From Anaerolineae bacterium (lineage in GTDB: Bacteria; Chloroflexota; Anaerolineae; B4-G1; DUEL01): a DNA stretch of 64,000 nucleotides. The notes under the pieces were generated by a model. It was not told where the DNA came from, did no database searches, and saw only the letters and a list, made by a program, of their open reading frames with translations. Of this stretch, positions 18,705-29,253 are shown one piece after another. Within the stretch, counting starts at the first letter, position 1. Every line of letters begins with the position of its first letter. Both the position numbers and the translations under genes were made by a program. Location of the stretch: positions 18,608-82,607 of the forward strand of contig JAFGEI010000159.1 in NCBI GenBank assembly GCA_016931695.1. The letters run 5' to 3'.

Positions 18705-18782
18705 GTAACTGCTCGGGCTGCCGCCTGAAAGCTCCCCCTTTCCGTGCTTGAGAAGGCGTCGGGGGGGCTGCCGGGCAGTTGC
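18705..18782 (+). repeat. short palindromic relative of the GTAACTGCTC element
   Basis: GTAACTGCTCGGGCTGCC at 18705 and its imperfect inverse GGCTGCCGGGCAGTTGC ending at 18782. CGATTTTT occurs 11 nt upstream (18686-18693). Confidence 0.3.
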
Positions 18783-18959
18783 CCGCGACCATCGTCGGCT
18801 TTGGCCCGGCAGGCAGCGAGTGCAGTGGCCGGCGCAGTGATGTAGCCGCTGGAAGTATAGCCGAAAGCGACAAAAAAGTCAAAGTGAGGGCCAATTTTGA
18901 GTGCATGTCAAGCTCCGGTGGGACGGACACGCCGGTGATGTGCGAAGGAAAAGAGATTT

Positions 18960-18977
18960 ATAGTCCCTATGGACTAT
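18960..18977. promoter_or_regulatory. 18-bp palindromic operator candidate ATAGTCC-CTAT-GGACTAT
   Basis: Perfect 7-bp inverted repeat. Further ATAGTC (18990-18995) and CTATAGAC (19004-19011) half-sites lie just upstream of, or overlap, the predicted -35 of the 19067 gene. Confidence 0.35.
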
Positions 18978-19006
18978 TATCCGCAAAAGATAGTCGTTTT
19001 GTGCTA

Positions 19007-19035
19007 TAGACAGCGGCGGGCGATTGGGGGATAAT
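19007..19035 (+). promoter_or_regulatory. putative promoter of the Wood-Ljungdahl cluster leader gene
   Basis: TAGACA (19007-19012), a 17-nt spacer, then GATAAT (19030-19035). This is ~30 nt upstream of ATG 19067. Confidence 0.4.
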
Positions 19036-19066
19036 AACTCCGGTCGATAGCTGACCGGCGGTCAGT

Positions 19067-20188
19067 ATGCATTCTTGTCGAGTTTTTATTCTCACTAGCC
19101 ACCCGCTCTTTGCCGAAAGCGTCGAGACCCTGTTGCAGGAACAACCGGGTCTTGAGGTCATTGGGGTGGGTGAGGTATCCCCCGAAACCCTGCTCAGCAT
19201 CCAAGAGACGGTTCCCGACGTTGTCGTGTTGGGTGCCTCGGGTGAAGACCAGGGTATGTTGGTCTCCCACATCTTTACCGAATTATCCGGCATCAAGGTT
19301 GTCGGTCTCAACTTGGACGATAACCGCATCCATATCTATTATCAGCAGACAAAAGTGGGGCGCCAGGTCGAAGACCTGGTCGAGGCCATCCGCCAGCCGC
19401 TCGAATGGGGCGGGCATCGACCGGCAACGATGCACATCTTTGCCTTGATCCAGGGCCGATATGGCCAGCGGGTCGTCGAAAATATCCGCAATCATGGGCC
19501 ACAGGGCTGGGCGATCGAATCGTGGCGGCCGCCAGACTTGCCAGCGGTGCTTGACGATCCAGAGTATTATTTGCCACCCCGCGTTCCGCCATCTGACCTG
19601 ATCCTTTCTCTTGGCGAGAGCCCTTCGGCTGCGCAGCTGCTGCCCGACATTGCCCGCCGGGCCGGCGCCCATGCGGCGATTGCCCCGGTCGACCATAGCG
19701 CGTGGTTGCCGGAGGGGTTGATCCGCCAGTTGCAAGAGTGCCTTGGTCGGATGGGGATCGCTGCGGCTTTTCCGCGCCCTTTTTGTTCCCTTACCGAGGA
19801 TGGCTACAACCTGCGCCACCAGCGCGTCGCGTATGCCAACCCGTGGATTTCCGAGTTTGCCCGTCACTTTGGCCGCCCGGTTTTCCGGGTGAGCTGCCAG
19901 GACGACACGATTCAAGAGGTGGTAATCGAACGGGATTCGGCCTGTGGCTGTGCTCGCTTTGTCGCCGACCGCCTGGTCGGTACTCCGGTCAGCGAGGCGG
20001 TTTTTCAGGCCGGAATGTTTCACCACCACTATCCCTGCCTGGCCGGGGTGGCGCAGGAGCGCAGCCTGGGGGATTCCTTGCTCCACCTGGCCGGGCAGTT
20101 GACGCGCCAGGCGGTCGAGGTTGAAATTGCTCCCCTGTTGCCCCGCGCGGCTTATCTGGTTCCCGAGGGGCGCAGCGAATTGCCGTAG
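19067..20188 (+). CDS. pseudo-receiver domain protein fused to a Cys/His-rich domain (possibly DUF166/COG1810-like)
   Basis: The N-terminus RVFILTSHPLFAESVETLL...PDVVVLGASGED follows the NarL-type REC pattern but lacks the acidic pocket (DD replaced by TS) and the phospho-acceptor Asp (replaced by G). The C-terminal half has PFCSL, SACGCARF and HHHYPCLAG motifs. The DUF166 assignment is tentative. Confidence 0.45.
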   Translation: MHSCRVFILTSHPLFAESVETLLQEQPGLEVIGVGEVSPETLLSIQETVPDVVVLGASGEDQGMLVSHIFTELSGIKVVGLNLDDNRIHIYYQQTKVGRQVEDLVEAIRQPLEWGGHRPATMHIFALIQGRYGQRVVENIRNHGPQGWAIESWRPPDLPAVLDDPEYYLPPRVPPSDLILSLGESPSAAQLLPDIARRAGAHAAIAPVDHSAWLPEGLIRQLQECLGRMGIAAAFPRPFCSLTEDGYNLRHQRVAYANPWISEFARHFGRPVFRVSCQDDTIQEVVIERDSACGCARFVADRLVGTPVSEAVFQAGMFHHHYPCLAGVAQERSLGDSLLHLAGQLTRQAVEVEIAPLLPRAAYLVPEGRSELP

Positions 20189-20248
20189 GCGCCCTGTGTT
20201 GCGTGCTAAAGGATTTGATTCACTTATCAAAAAAAGGAGGTTTCACAA

Positions 20249-22036
<1,788 letters not shown>

Positions 22037-22127
22037 GTTGGTTAGCCGTCAGGCACGTTGTTGAAAACGAGTCGGCAGTAAATGCGGAATTGTCTGCTGC
22101 CTGCCAGGTCACATATCGAAGGAGGTA

Positions 22128-22469
22128 ATGGTAATGGAGAAGGTGGTACTTGACGTACCGACCCTCTGGGCGGATCATCACGTGCTCAAGGTGCGCGAGG
22201 CGCTGCTTCCGCTGGAGGGGGTGAAGGATGTATATGCCAGTTCGGCCTGGAAAAAGGTCTTGGTCTCTTATGATCCCGGAAAGGTCAATGTGGCGGCGCT
22301 TGAAAAGGCGCTGGCTGACGCCAACTATCCGGTCGGCGAGGGCAAAATGCCCATGTTGGTGCAGCCCACCGAAAAGCGCCGCGATCCGGCCTGGGCGGAG
22401 ATGGCCTATCGGGTCACCGAGACCAACAGGGTCGATCTCGAGATGTCGGGCGAGTTCCGACGATACTAA
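22128..22469 (+). CDS. HMA (heavy-metal-associated)-fold-like small protein lacking the CxxC site
   Basis: A beta-alpha-beta-beta-alpha-beta pattern VVLDVPTLWADHHVLKVREALLPLEGVKDVYASSAWKKVLVSYDPGKVNVAALEKALADANY, with W-A-D-H-H where HMA domains carry M-x-C-x-x-C. The start may be 22134. Confidence 0.45.
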   Translation: MVMEKVVLDVPTLWADHHVLKVREALLPLEGVKDVYASSAWKKVLVSYDPGKVNVAALEKALADANYPVGEGKMPMLVQPTEKRRDPAWAEMAYRVTETNRVDLEMSGEFRRY

Positions 22470-22484
22470 TGAGGAGTCTGAGAT

Positions 22485-24479
22485 ATGGCAAAGAAAGAAC
22501 GAACACCTGAAGAGTCCAGCCGGGACGAGGCTGCGATTCGTCTGCTAGAACATGCCTGTGCCATCGAGGTGGAAACCGCTTTTACCCGCGCCGACGCGAT
22601 CGCTGCCTGCAATATCGGCAGCCAAGGCTTGTGCTGCAAGAATTGCTCTATGGGCCCGTGCCGGCTGGTTGGCAAGACCGTGCGCGGCGTCTGCGGCGCC
22701 ACGATAGCAACGGTTGCCGCGCGCAACTTTGCCCGCGCCGTGGCGGCAGGTGCGTCGGCTCACTCGGACCATGGCCGTGGCCTGGCGTACACGCTGTTGG
22801 AGGCGGCTGAGGGCAAGGCGCCGGACTATGTGGTGCGCGATCCGGTCAAGCTAAACGAGATGGCGCGCTACCTGGGCGTCAAGACTGCTGATCGCAGTAT
22901 TGAAGAGATTGCCAAGGACGTCGCGCTGGCGTCGCTGACCGAGTTCGGCAAAGTAGAAGGCACAGTGTCCTACTTGAAGCGCGCGCCGGTCAAGCGCCAG
23001 AAAATCTGGCAAGAGCAAGGTATCGAGCCCCGCAGCATCGACCGGGAAATCGTCGAGATGCTGCACCGCACCCACATCGGCAACGACCAGGACGCCGAGC
23101 ACATCCTGGACCAGGCCCTGCGCTGTGCCCTGGGCGATGGATGGGGTGGGTCGATGCTGGCCACGGATCTGAGCGACGTGCTCTTTGGCACGCCCGCTCC
23201 CGTACGTTCCGGGGCAAACCTGGGCATCCTGAACAACAACAAGGTCAACATTGTCGTTCACGGTCACGAGCCGACGCTCTCCGAGATGATTGTAGCGGCC
23301 TCGCTGGACCCCGAGCTGATCGAGTACGCCAGGAGCAAGGGCGCTGATGGCATCCAGTTGTCCGGCATTTGCTGCACGGCCAACGAAACGCTGATGCGCC
23401 AGGGGGTGCCGCTGGCAGGGAACTTTTTGCAGCAAGAGCTGGCAATCCTCACCGGCGCGGTCGAAGCGATGGTGGTGGACATCCAGTGCATCATGCAGGG
23501 CATCGTGCCCGTGGCGGAAAGGTACCACACCGAGATCATTACCACCTCGCCCAAGGTCAAGATCACCGGCGCGACGCACATCGAGTTCGAGGAGCACCGG
23601 GCGCTCGAGATCGCCAAGGAGATTGTCCGCCGGGCCATCGATCACTTCCCGGAACGCGGGGAGATGATCGTGCCAGACGTACAGGCATCGGTGGTGCCGG
23701 GCTTTTCCCACGAGTACATCACCTACGCGTTGGGCGGCTTCTATCGCGGCTCGCTGCGCCCTCTGAACGACGCCATTGCTGCGGGCCGCATCCGCGGCGT
23801 GGTGGCCAATATCGGCTGCAACAACGCCCGTGTCTGCCACGACGAGTTGTTCCGCTACGTGGCTACCGAGTTCCTCAAGAATGACGTGCTGTTGGTCGAG
23901 ACCGGATGCGGGGCCATCGCCAGCGCCAAGCAAGGCTACATGACCCCCGAAGCGGCGCTGGAAGTCGCCGGCCCCGGCCTGCGCGAGGTCTGCGAGACGG
24001 TGGGCATCCCGCCGGTGCTGCACCTGGGCTCGTGCGTCGACAACTCGCGTATCCTGACGGTGCTGGCGCAGATGGCGACAGAGGGCGGCCTGGGCCAGGA
24101 TATTGCGGACATCCCCGCTGTCGGTATGGCGCCCGAGTGGATGAGCGAAAAGGCGATTTCGATTGCCACTTACTGCGTGGCTTCCGGGGCATATGTCATC
24201 ATGGGCGGCAGTACCGGCCCCGTTTCGGGCAGCGAAGAAGTGCTGCATATCCTGAGCGAGGTCTGGGAGAGCAAGATCGGCGGTCGGCTCGAGTTTGTGG
24301 TCGAAGGCGAAGAGATTGTGCGCCGCTCGTTGGAGCACATCGACAAGAAACGCGCTGCGTTGGGCCTGCCCGAGTACGATGCGTCCAAGTGGGGCAAGAG
24401 TGGCGACTGGCGCATGCCGGAATTGCTCGAGTTGCCCTTTGAGAAGCAGATCGAAGCGGTCTATGGCGTGAATCGCTGA
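22485..24479 (+). CDS. cooS: anaerobic Ni-Fe carbon-monoxide dehydrogenase catalytic subunit
   Basis: N-terminal B/D-cluster cysteines (CNIGSQGLCCKNCSMGPCR, GVCGA). C-cluster-region motifs (HGHEP, GICCTANE, GCNNAR, LGSCVDNSR). 664 aa. Confidence 0.95.
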   Translation: MAKKERTPEESSRDEAAIRLLEHACAIEVETAFTRADAIAACNIGSQGLCCKNCSMGPCRLVGKTVRGVCGATIATVAARNFARAVAAGASAHSDHGRGLAYTLLEAAEGKAPDYVVRDPVKLNEMARYLGVKTADRSIEEIAKDVALASLTEFGKVEGTVSYLKRAPVKRQKIWQEQGIEPRSIDREIVEMLHRTHIGNDQDAEHILDQALRCALGDGWGGSMLATDLSDVLFGTPAPVRSGANLGILNNNKVNIVVHGHEPTLSEMIVAASLDPELIEYARSKGADGIQLSGICCTANETLMRQGVPLAGNFLQQELAILTGAVEAMVVDIQCIMQGIVPVAERYHTEIITTSPKVKITGATHIEFEEHRALEIAKEIVRRAIDHFPERGEMIVPDVQASVVPGFSHEYITYALGGFYRGSLRPLNDAIAAGRIRGVVANIGCNNARVCHDELFRYVATEFLKNDVLLVETGCGAIASAKQGYMTPEAALEVAGPGLREVCETVGIPPVLHLGSCVDNSRILTVLAQMATEGGLGQDIADIPAVGMAPEWMSEKAISIATYCVASGAYVIMGGSTGPVSGSEEVLHILSEVWESKIGGRLEFVVEGEEIVRRSLEHIDKKRAALGLPEYDASKWGKSGDWRMPELLELPFEKQIEAVYGVNR

Positions 24480-24506
24480 TCGCGATAGCAATTCAAGAAA
24501 GAGAGG

Positions 24507-26783
24507 TTGAACGATATGTCACGATATATAGCTACACGAGCGATCCGCGGCTCCAACGCCCTCGTCGCCGAAGCTGAAGCCCTGTTGAAGCAAGCAGTCG
24601 AGGAGAAGGGGGCCGACACACCTGTCGCGTTCCCCAACACGGCCTATTTCCTGCCGGTGACGTTTGGCATGCTCGCCCACGAGGTGAATACCCTGGGCGA
24701 CCTGGAGTTTTCGCTGGCGCACGCCAAGAAACTGCTGCATCCTCTGCCGGAGGACAACCTGTGGGTGCCCTACCTGGGCGAGACCCTCGACTCGGGCATG
24801 GCCACGCTCCTGGCGGCCGAAGCGATCGAGGGCGTCCGCTTTGCCTATGGCGAGGAGCCGACGCTTTATCCCGGTTTGGAACTGGCGGGGAGCACGAGTT
24901 ATCCCCAGCTGAACGGCACAGGCCACCTCAACGGCCCCATCGACGACATCCAGCTCCGCTCCTGGGGTATCCAGCTGGTAGACGGCCGTATGCCCGGCTT
25001 TGCCGCACTCGTCGGCGCGGCGCACTCGAACGAGGCCGCCGTCGCCATCGTCCGCGAGTTGCAGCGGCGCAACATCCTCACTTTCCTCTGCGGCAACACC
25101 AACGGCCGTTCGGTCATCGACCAGCTGCACGAGGAAGGGGTAGAGATGGGCTATGATACCTATATCGTCCCCTTTGGCACGGACACCATCTCGGCCATCT
25201 ACCCCCTGGGCTTTGCCACCCGCTCGGCACTGACCTTTGGCGGCCTCAAGGCCGGCCAGTGGCGCGACATTCTCATCTACAACAAGTTCCGCGTCTTTGC
25301 CTTTGTCCTGGCCTTGGGCGAGGTCGACGATCTCAAGTACGCCGCGGCAGCGGGGGCCATTTCCTACGGCTTCCCGACCATCGCCGACACGGTCATCCCC
25401 GAGATTCTGCCCACCGGCGTCACCCGCTACGAACACGTCATCTCGATGCCGTGGAACGAGATCGAGGCCGAGACCGAGGAGGAACGGGCGGCCAAGATGG
25501 TACAGCGGGCGATCGAGGTGCGCGGGGTCAAGGTCAAGATCACCGAGGTGCCGGTCCCGGTGGCCTACGGCTCCGCCTTTGAGGGCGAGGTTGTGCGCCG
25601 CGCCGACATGCGGGCCGAGTTTGGCGGCAAGAACAGCCGCGCCTTCGAGTATCTGCTCATGGCGCCTATGGATGAGGTCGAAGACGGCAAGATCGAGCTC
25701 ATCGGCCCCGGCCTCGACACGCTCGATGAAGGCGGGTCGATGGACTTGGCTCTCGTCGTCGAGGTAGCCGGGCGCAAGATGCAGGAAGACTTTGAGCCGG
25801 TCCTGGAGCGGCAGTTTCACTACTTTATCAACGGCGCTTCCGGCATCCAGCACATCGGCCAGCGCGACATCACCTGGATCCGCATCTCCAAGGCCGCGGC
25901 GGAAAAAGGCTTTGACCTCAAGCACTTTGGCGACATTCTCTATGCTCGCTTCCACGCCGACTTTGGCGCGATCGTCGACAAGCTCCAGATCAAGATCATC
26001 ACCGACCCGGACCTGCACGCCGAGTGGCTGGCCAAGGCCCGCGAGGCCTACGATTTTCGTAACCGCCGCTTGGCCGACCTGACCGACGATGCAGTGGACA
26101 CGTTCTACTCGTGCATTCTTTGCCAGTCGTTTGCCCCCACCCACGTCTGCGTGGTCAGCCCGCAGCGGTTGGGGCTCTGCGGCGCCTACAACTGGCTCGA
26201 CTGCAAGGCTTCTTACGAGATCAACCCCACGGGGCCGAATCAGCCGATTCAGAAAGGCCAGTGCCTTGACGACGATAAAGGCTACTTTGCCGGCGTCAAC
26301 GAGTATGCCAAGATGGCCTCGCAGGGCACGGTGGAAGAGGTGACCATGTACTCGATCATGGAGAACCCCATGACCGCCTGCGGCTGTTTCGAGTGCATCG
26401 TTATGGTCATCCCCGAGGCCAACGGCGTGATGGTCGTCAGCCGTGAGGACCCGAGCATGACCCCGGCCGGTATGACGTTTTCCACCCTGGCCGGCATCGC
26501 CGGCGGCGGCCTGCAGACCCCGGGTATCATGGGCGTGGGCAAGTTTTACCTGACCAGCCCCAAGTTCGTCTCGGCCGACGGTGGGTTCAAGCGGATTGTT
26601 TGGATGTCGTCCTTCCTCAAGGAGACGATGGCCGAGGAATTCAAGCAGGTCGCCGAGCGCGAGGGCGACCCCGACCTGATCGCCAAGATCGCGGACGAAA
26701 CGATCTGCACCGACGTCGAGGGGTTGCTGGCGTATCTGGAGAGCGTCGGACATCCCGCCTTGACCATGGACATGATGTTCTAA
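24507..26783 (+). CDS. acsB: CO-methylating acetyl-CoA synthase (ACS alpha / CdhC-type)
   Basis: A-cluster motifs CILCQSFAPTHVCVVSPQRLGLCGA and MTACGCFECI (Cys-Gly-Cys). 758 aa, directly after cooS. The start may be ATG 24516. Confidence 0.95.
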   Translation: MNDMSRYIATRAIRGSNALVAEAEALLKQAVEEKGADTPVAFPNTAYFLPVTFGMLAHEVNTLGDLEFSLAHAKKLLHPLPEDNLWVPYLGETLDSGMATLLAAEAIEGVRFAYGEEPTLYPGLELAGSTSYPQLNGTGHLNGPIDDIQLRSWGIQLVDGRMPGFAALVGAAHSNEAAVAIVRELQRRNILTFLCGNTNGRSVIDQLHEEGVEMGYDTYIVPFGTDTISAIYPLGFATRSALTFGGLKAGQWRDILIYNKFRVFAFVLALGEVDDLKYAAAAGAISYGFPTIADTVIPEILPTGVTRYEHVISMPWNEIEAETEEERAAKMVQRAIEVRGVKVKITEVPVPVAYGSAFEGEVVRRADMRAEFGGKNSRAFEYLLMAPMDEVEDGKIELIGPGLDTLDEGGSMDLALVVEVAGRKMQEDFEPVLERQFHYFINGASGIQHIGQRDITWIRISKAAAEKGFDLKHFGDILYARFHADFGAIVDKLQIKIITDPDLHAEWLAKAREAYDFRNRRLADLTDDAVDTFYSCILCQSFAPTHVCVVSPQRLGLCGAYNWLDCKASYEINPTGPNQPIQKGQCLDDDKGYFAGVNEYAKMASQGTVEEVTMYSIMENPMTACGCFECIVMVIPEANGVMVVSREDPSMTPAGMTFSTLAGIAGGGLQTPGIMGVGKFYLTSPKFVSADGGFKRIVWMSSFLKETMAEEFKQVAEREGDPDLIAKIADETICTDVEGLLAYLESVGHPALTMDMMF

Positions 26784-26794
26784 GTGTGTTTCGC

Positions 26795-26833
26795 TTCACC
26801 CTCCCGCAGGTTTCAGCCCTGCGGGAGGGTGAA
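26795..26833 (+). other. 16-bp perfect intercistronic stem-loop (acsB-acsD spacer)
   Basis: TTCACCCTCCCGCAGG - TTTCAGC - CCTGCGGGAGGGTGAA. No downstream T-tract, so it is more likely an mRNA processing or stability element than a terminator. Confidence 0.4.
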
Positions 26834-26866
26834 AGGTAACACGTTTGATTAAGGAGGTAATTTCCT

Positions 26867-27829
26867 ATGACTGTAGAAATCCCTGTGGAGAAATGGTCGG
26901 GGAAAGTAATCGAAGTGGCTCTCGGAGCAACGGCGGAGGAAGGCGGCACGCGCACGCATGCGGTGACGGTGGGCGGACAGACAACTCTTCCCTTCCTGCA
27001 CTTTGAGGGCGCAATCCCCTACCCGCCGCGCATTGCGATCGAGATTTCTGATCAGCGCCCTGGCGACTGGTCGCCGCTTTTGCTTGAGGCCTGGGGAGAC
27101 GTGGTAAAGGACCCGGCGGCGTGGGCCAAGGCAGCCGAAGAAGCCGGTGCGGAGTTGATTCTCTTGCAGCTCAGCCTGACCAAGGATGGCGATACCCCGG
27201 TCACGGTGGCGGATGCCCAGGCGGTGACCCGCCAGGTGCTGGATGCCACCGGGCTGCCGCTCATCGTCTTTGGTCCGGGGCAGGTCGATGCGGACAACGA
27301 GCTGCTGGTGGCGGTCGCCGAGGAGGCGTCAGGCGAGCGGCTCTTGCTGGGCATTTGCGAGGAAAAGAACTATCGCACCATCGTTGCTGCCGCGCTGGCC
27401 CATAATCACCTGGTCACTGCGCGCACGGCAATGGACGTCAACCTGGCCAAGCAGCTGAACATTCTCATCTCGGACATGGGCCTGCCGCTCAACCGTATTG
27501 TGATGGACCCCACCTCGGCGGCCCTGGGGTATGGGATGGAGTATGGCTACTCGGTGATGGAGCGGCTGCGCATCGCGGCCCTGCAGGGTGACAAGATGAC
27601 CCAGTTGCCGATGCTGGTGACTGTCGGCTATGAGGCCTGGCGACAAAAAGAGTCCAAGGTCGGCGTGGGTGTGCCGGAAGCCTGGGGCGAGTGGGAGGAG
27701 CGTGCCATTCTCTGGGAAACGCTCACGACGACGACTTTGATCGAGTCGGGCGCCGATATTGTCATCATGCGCCATCCTGAAGCGGTCCGCCGCGCCAGGG
27801 TGTTCATCGATCGGTTGATGGGGAAATAG
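26867..27829 (+). CDS. acsD: corrinoid iron-sulfur protein small subunit (CdhD/AcsD)
   Basis: ~320-aa TIM-barrel-type protein between acsB and acsC. The MTVEIPVEKWSGKV N-terminus and overall pattern are typical of AcsD. The context is decisive. Confidence 0.85.
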   Translation: MTVEIPVEKWSGKVIEVALGATAEEGGTRTHAVTVGGQTTLPFLHFEGAIPYPPRIAIEISDQRPGDWSPLLLEAWGDVVKDPAAWAKAAEEAGAELILLQLSLTKDGDTPVTVADAQAVTRQVLDATGLPLIVFGPGQVDADNELLVAVAEEASGERLLLGICEEKNYRTIVAAALAHNHLVTARTAMDVNLAKQLNILISDMGLPLNRIVMDPTSAALGYGMEYGYSVMERLRIAALQGDKMTQLPMLVTVGYEAWRQKESKVGVGVPEAWGEWEERAILWETLTTTTLIESGADIVIMRHPEAVRRARVFIDRLMGK

Positions 27830-27840
27830 GAGGAGAAGCG

Positions 27841-29187
27841 ATGGCACTGACAGGGCTTCAGATTTACAAGTTGTTGCCGCAGACCAACTGCAAGGAGTGT
27901 GGCTATCCGACCTGCCTGGCCTTTGCCATGAAGCTGGCGGCCAAGCAGGCGGAACTGGCCGATTGCCCTTACGTCTCGGAAGAGGCCAAGGCGCAACTGG
28001 CCGCGGCAGCCGCGCCGCCGGTTCGCCTGGTGACTGTCGAAGGCCCAGGGCACAAGATCGAGGTGGGTAACGAGACCGTTCTCTTCCGCCACGAAAAGAC
28101 CTTTTTTCATCAACCGGGCCTCTTTGTGCGTGTGAAGGATACGACCCCGGTTGCAGAGATCAAGGCCGCGGTCGAAGCGGCGATGGGCTATGCCGTGGAG
28201 TATGTCGGTATGAGCCTGCACCTCGATGGGGTTGCCGTCGAGGCGGCCTCGGGTGACGCCGCGACGTTCAAAGCGGCCGTTGCTGCCGTGCTGGAAGTGA
28301 CGGATCGGGCACTGATTCTCATGGCTGCGGACGCCGCACTGCTCGAAACCGGCCTGTCTGCTACGAACGGCACCCGCCCGCTGCTCTACGCCGCCACTGC
28401 CGAGAACTGGGAGCCGGTCGCTGCGTTGGCCAAGGCCAAGAACTCGCCCCTCGTTGTGCGGGCCGATTCGCTGGACGAGATGGCTGAGCTGACTGAAAAG
28501 ATCAAGGGCGCTGGCGTGCAGGACATGGTACTCGATCCTGCCGTGCGGGGCCTGGCGGATACGCTGGTGACACTGACCCAGCTGCGCCGCCTGGCGCTCA
28601 AAAAGAACTTTCGCCCGTTGGGCTTTCCGCTCATCACTTTCCCGGGCGAAGTGGCGGAAGACTTGCTGGACGAGGCAGCTTTTGCCTCGCAGCACATTGC
28701 CAAGTATGGCGGCTTTATCGTCTTGGATCGCTTCACGCCGGCTTCGGCCTATGCACTGCTGGCGCTGCGGGCCAACATCTATACCAATCCGCAGGAACCG
28801 ATCAAGGTACAACCGGGTATCTATGAGATCAACGATCCCAAGCCAGCATCGCCGCTCATGGTCACCACCAACTTTTCCATCACCTACTTCTCGGTGGCCA
28901 ACGAGGTCGATGGCAGCGGGGTTCCCGGTTGGCTGTTGGTCGCTGACGCGGAGGGGATGAGTGTGCTCACCGCCTGGGCTGCTGGCAAGTTTGACGCCGA
29001 GCGCATTGCCAAGGCGGTCAAATCGACGGGAATCGAGGACAAGATCAGCCACAAAAAACTGGTCATCCCGGGCCACGTTTCCGTGCTCTTGGGTGAGCTG
29101 GAGGAGGAACTGCCGGGTTGGGAGATCCTGGTCGGGCCGCGCGAGGCGGTTGACCTGGCGGGCTTTCTCAAGCTGTGGAACGCGTAA
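27841..29187 (+). CDS. acsC: corrinoid iron-sulfur protein large subunit (CdhE/AcsC)
   Basis: N-terminal [4Fe-4S] motif LPQTNCKECGYPTCLAFAMKLA...CPYV. 448 aa. Confidence 0.9.
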   Translation: MALTGLQIYKLLPQTNCKECGYPTCLAFAMKLAAKQAELADCPYVSEEAKAQLAAAAAPPVRLVTVEGPGHKIEVGNETVLFRHEKTFFHQPGLFVRVKDTTPVAEIKAAVEAAMGYAVEYVGMSLHLDGVAVEAASGDAATFKAAVAAVLEVTDRALILMAADAALLETGLSATNGTRPLLYAATAENWEPVAALAKAKNSPLVVRADSLDEMAELTEKIKGAGVQDMVLDPAVRGLADTLVTLTQLRRLALKKNFRPLGFPLITFPGEVAEDLLDEAAFASQHIAKYGGFIVLDRFTPASAYALLALRANIYTNPQEPIKVQPGIYEINDPKPASPLMVTTNFSITYFSVANEVDGSGVPGWLLVADAEGMSVLTAWAAGKFDAERIAKAVKSTGIEDKISHKKLVIPGHVSVLLGELEEELPGWEILVGPREAVDLAGFLKLWNA

Positions 29188-29193
29188 CAAGTT

Positions 29194-29243
29194 GTTTCAG
29201 GTTTCAGGTTTGAGGTTGTCTCACCTGAAACCTGAAACCTTTT
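29194..29243 (+). terminator. 16-bp perfect hairpin plus T-run after acsC (partial terminator/attenuator candidate)
   Basis: GTTTCAGGTTTCAGGT (29194-29209), a 13-nt loop, ACCTGAAACCTGAAAC (29223-29238), then CTTTT. The left arm and the start of the loop contain three tandem heptamers: GTTTCAG, GTTTCAG, GTTTGAG. Confidence 0.45.
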
Positions 29244-29253
29244 AACTTTAAGG

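Noticed and set aside
20213-20228. TTGAT-N6-ATCAA palindrome just upstream of fhs as an FNR/CRP-type site.
   Set aside because: The spacer is 6 nt rather than the 4 nt of the FNR/CRP consensus, and there is only one copy. This is insufficient to call.
29194-29214. Tandem GTTTCAG heptamers considered as a CRISPR or microsatellite array.
   Set aside because: There are only three 7-nt units and they form one arm of a hairpin. No spacer-repeat organisation and no cas genes are present.
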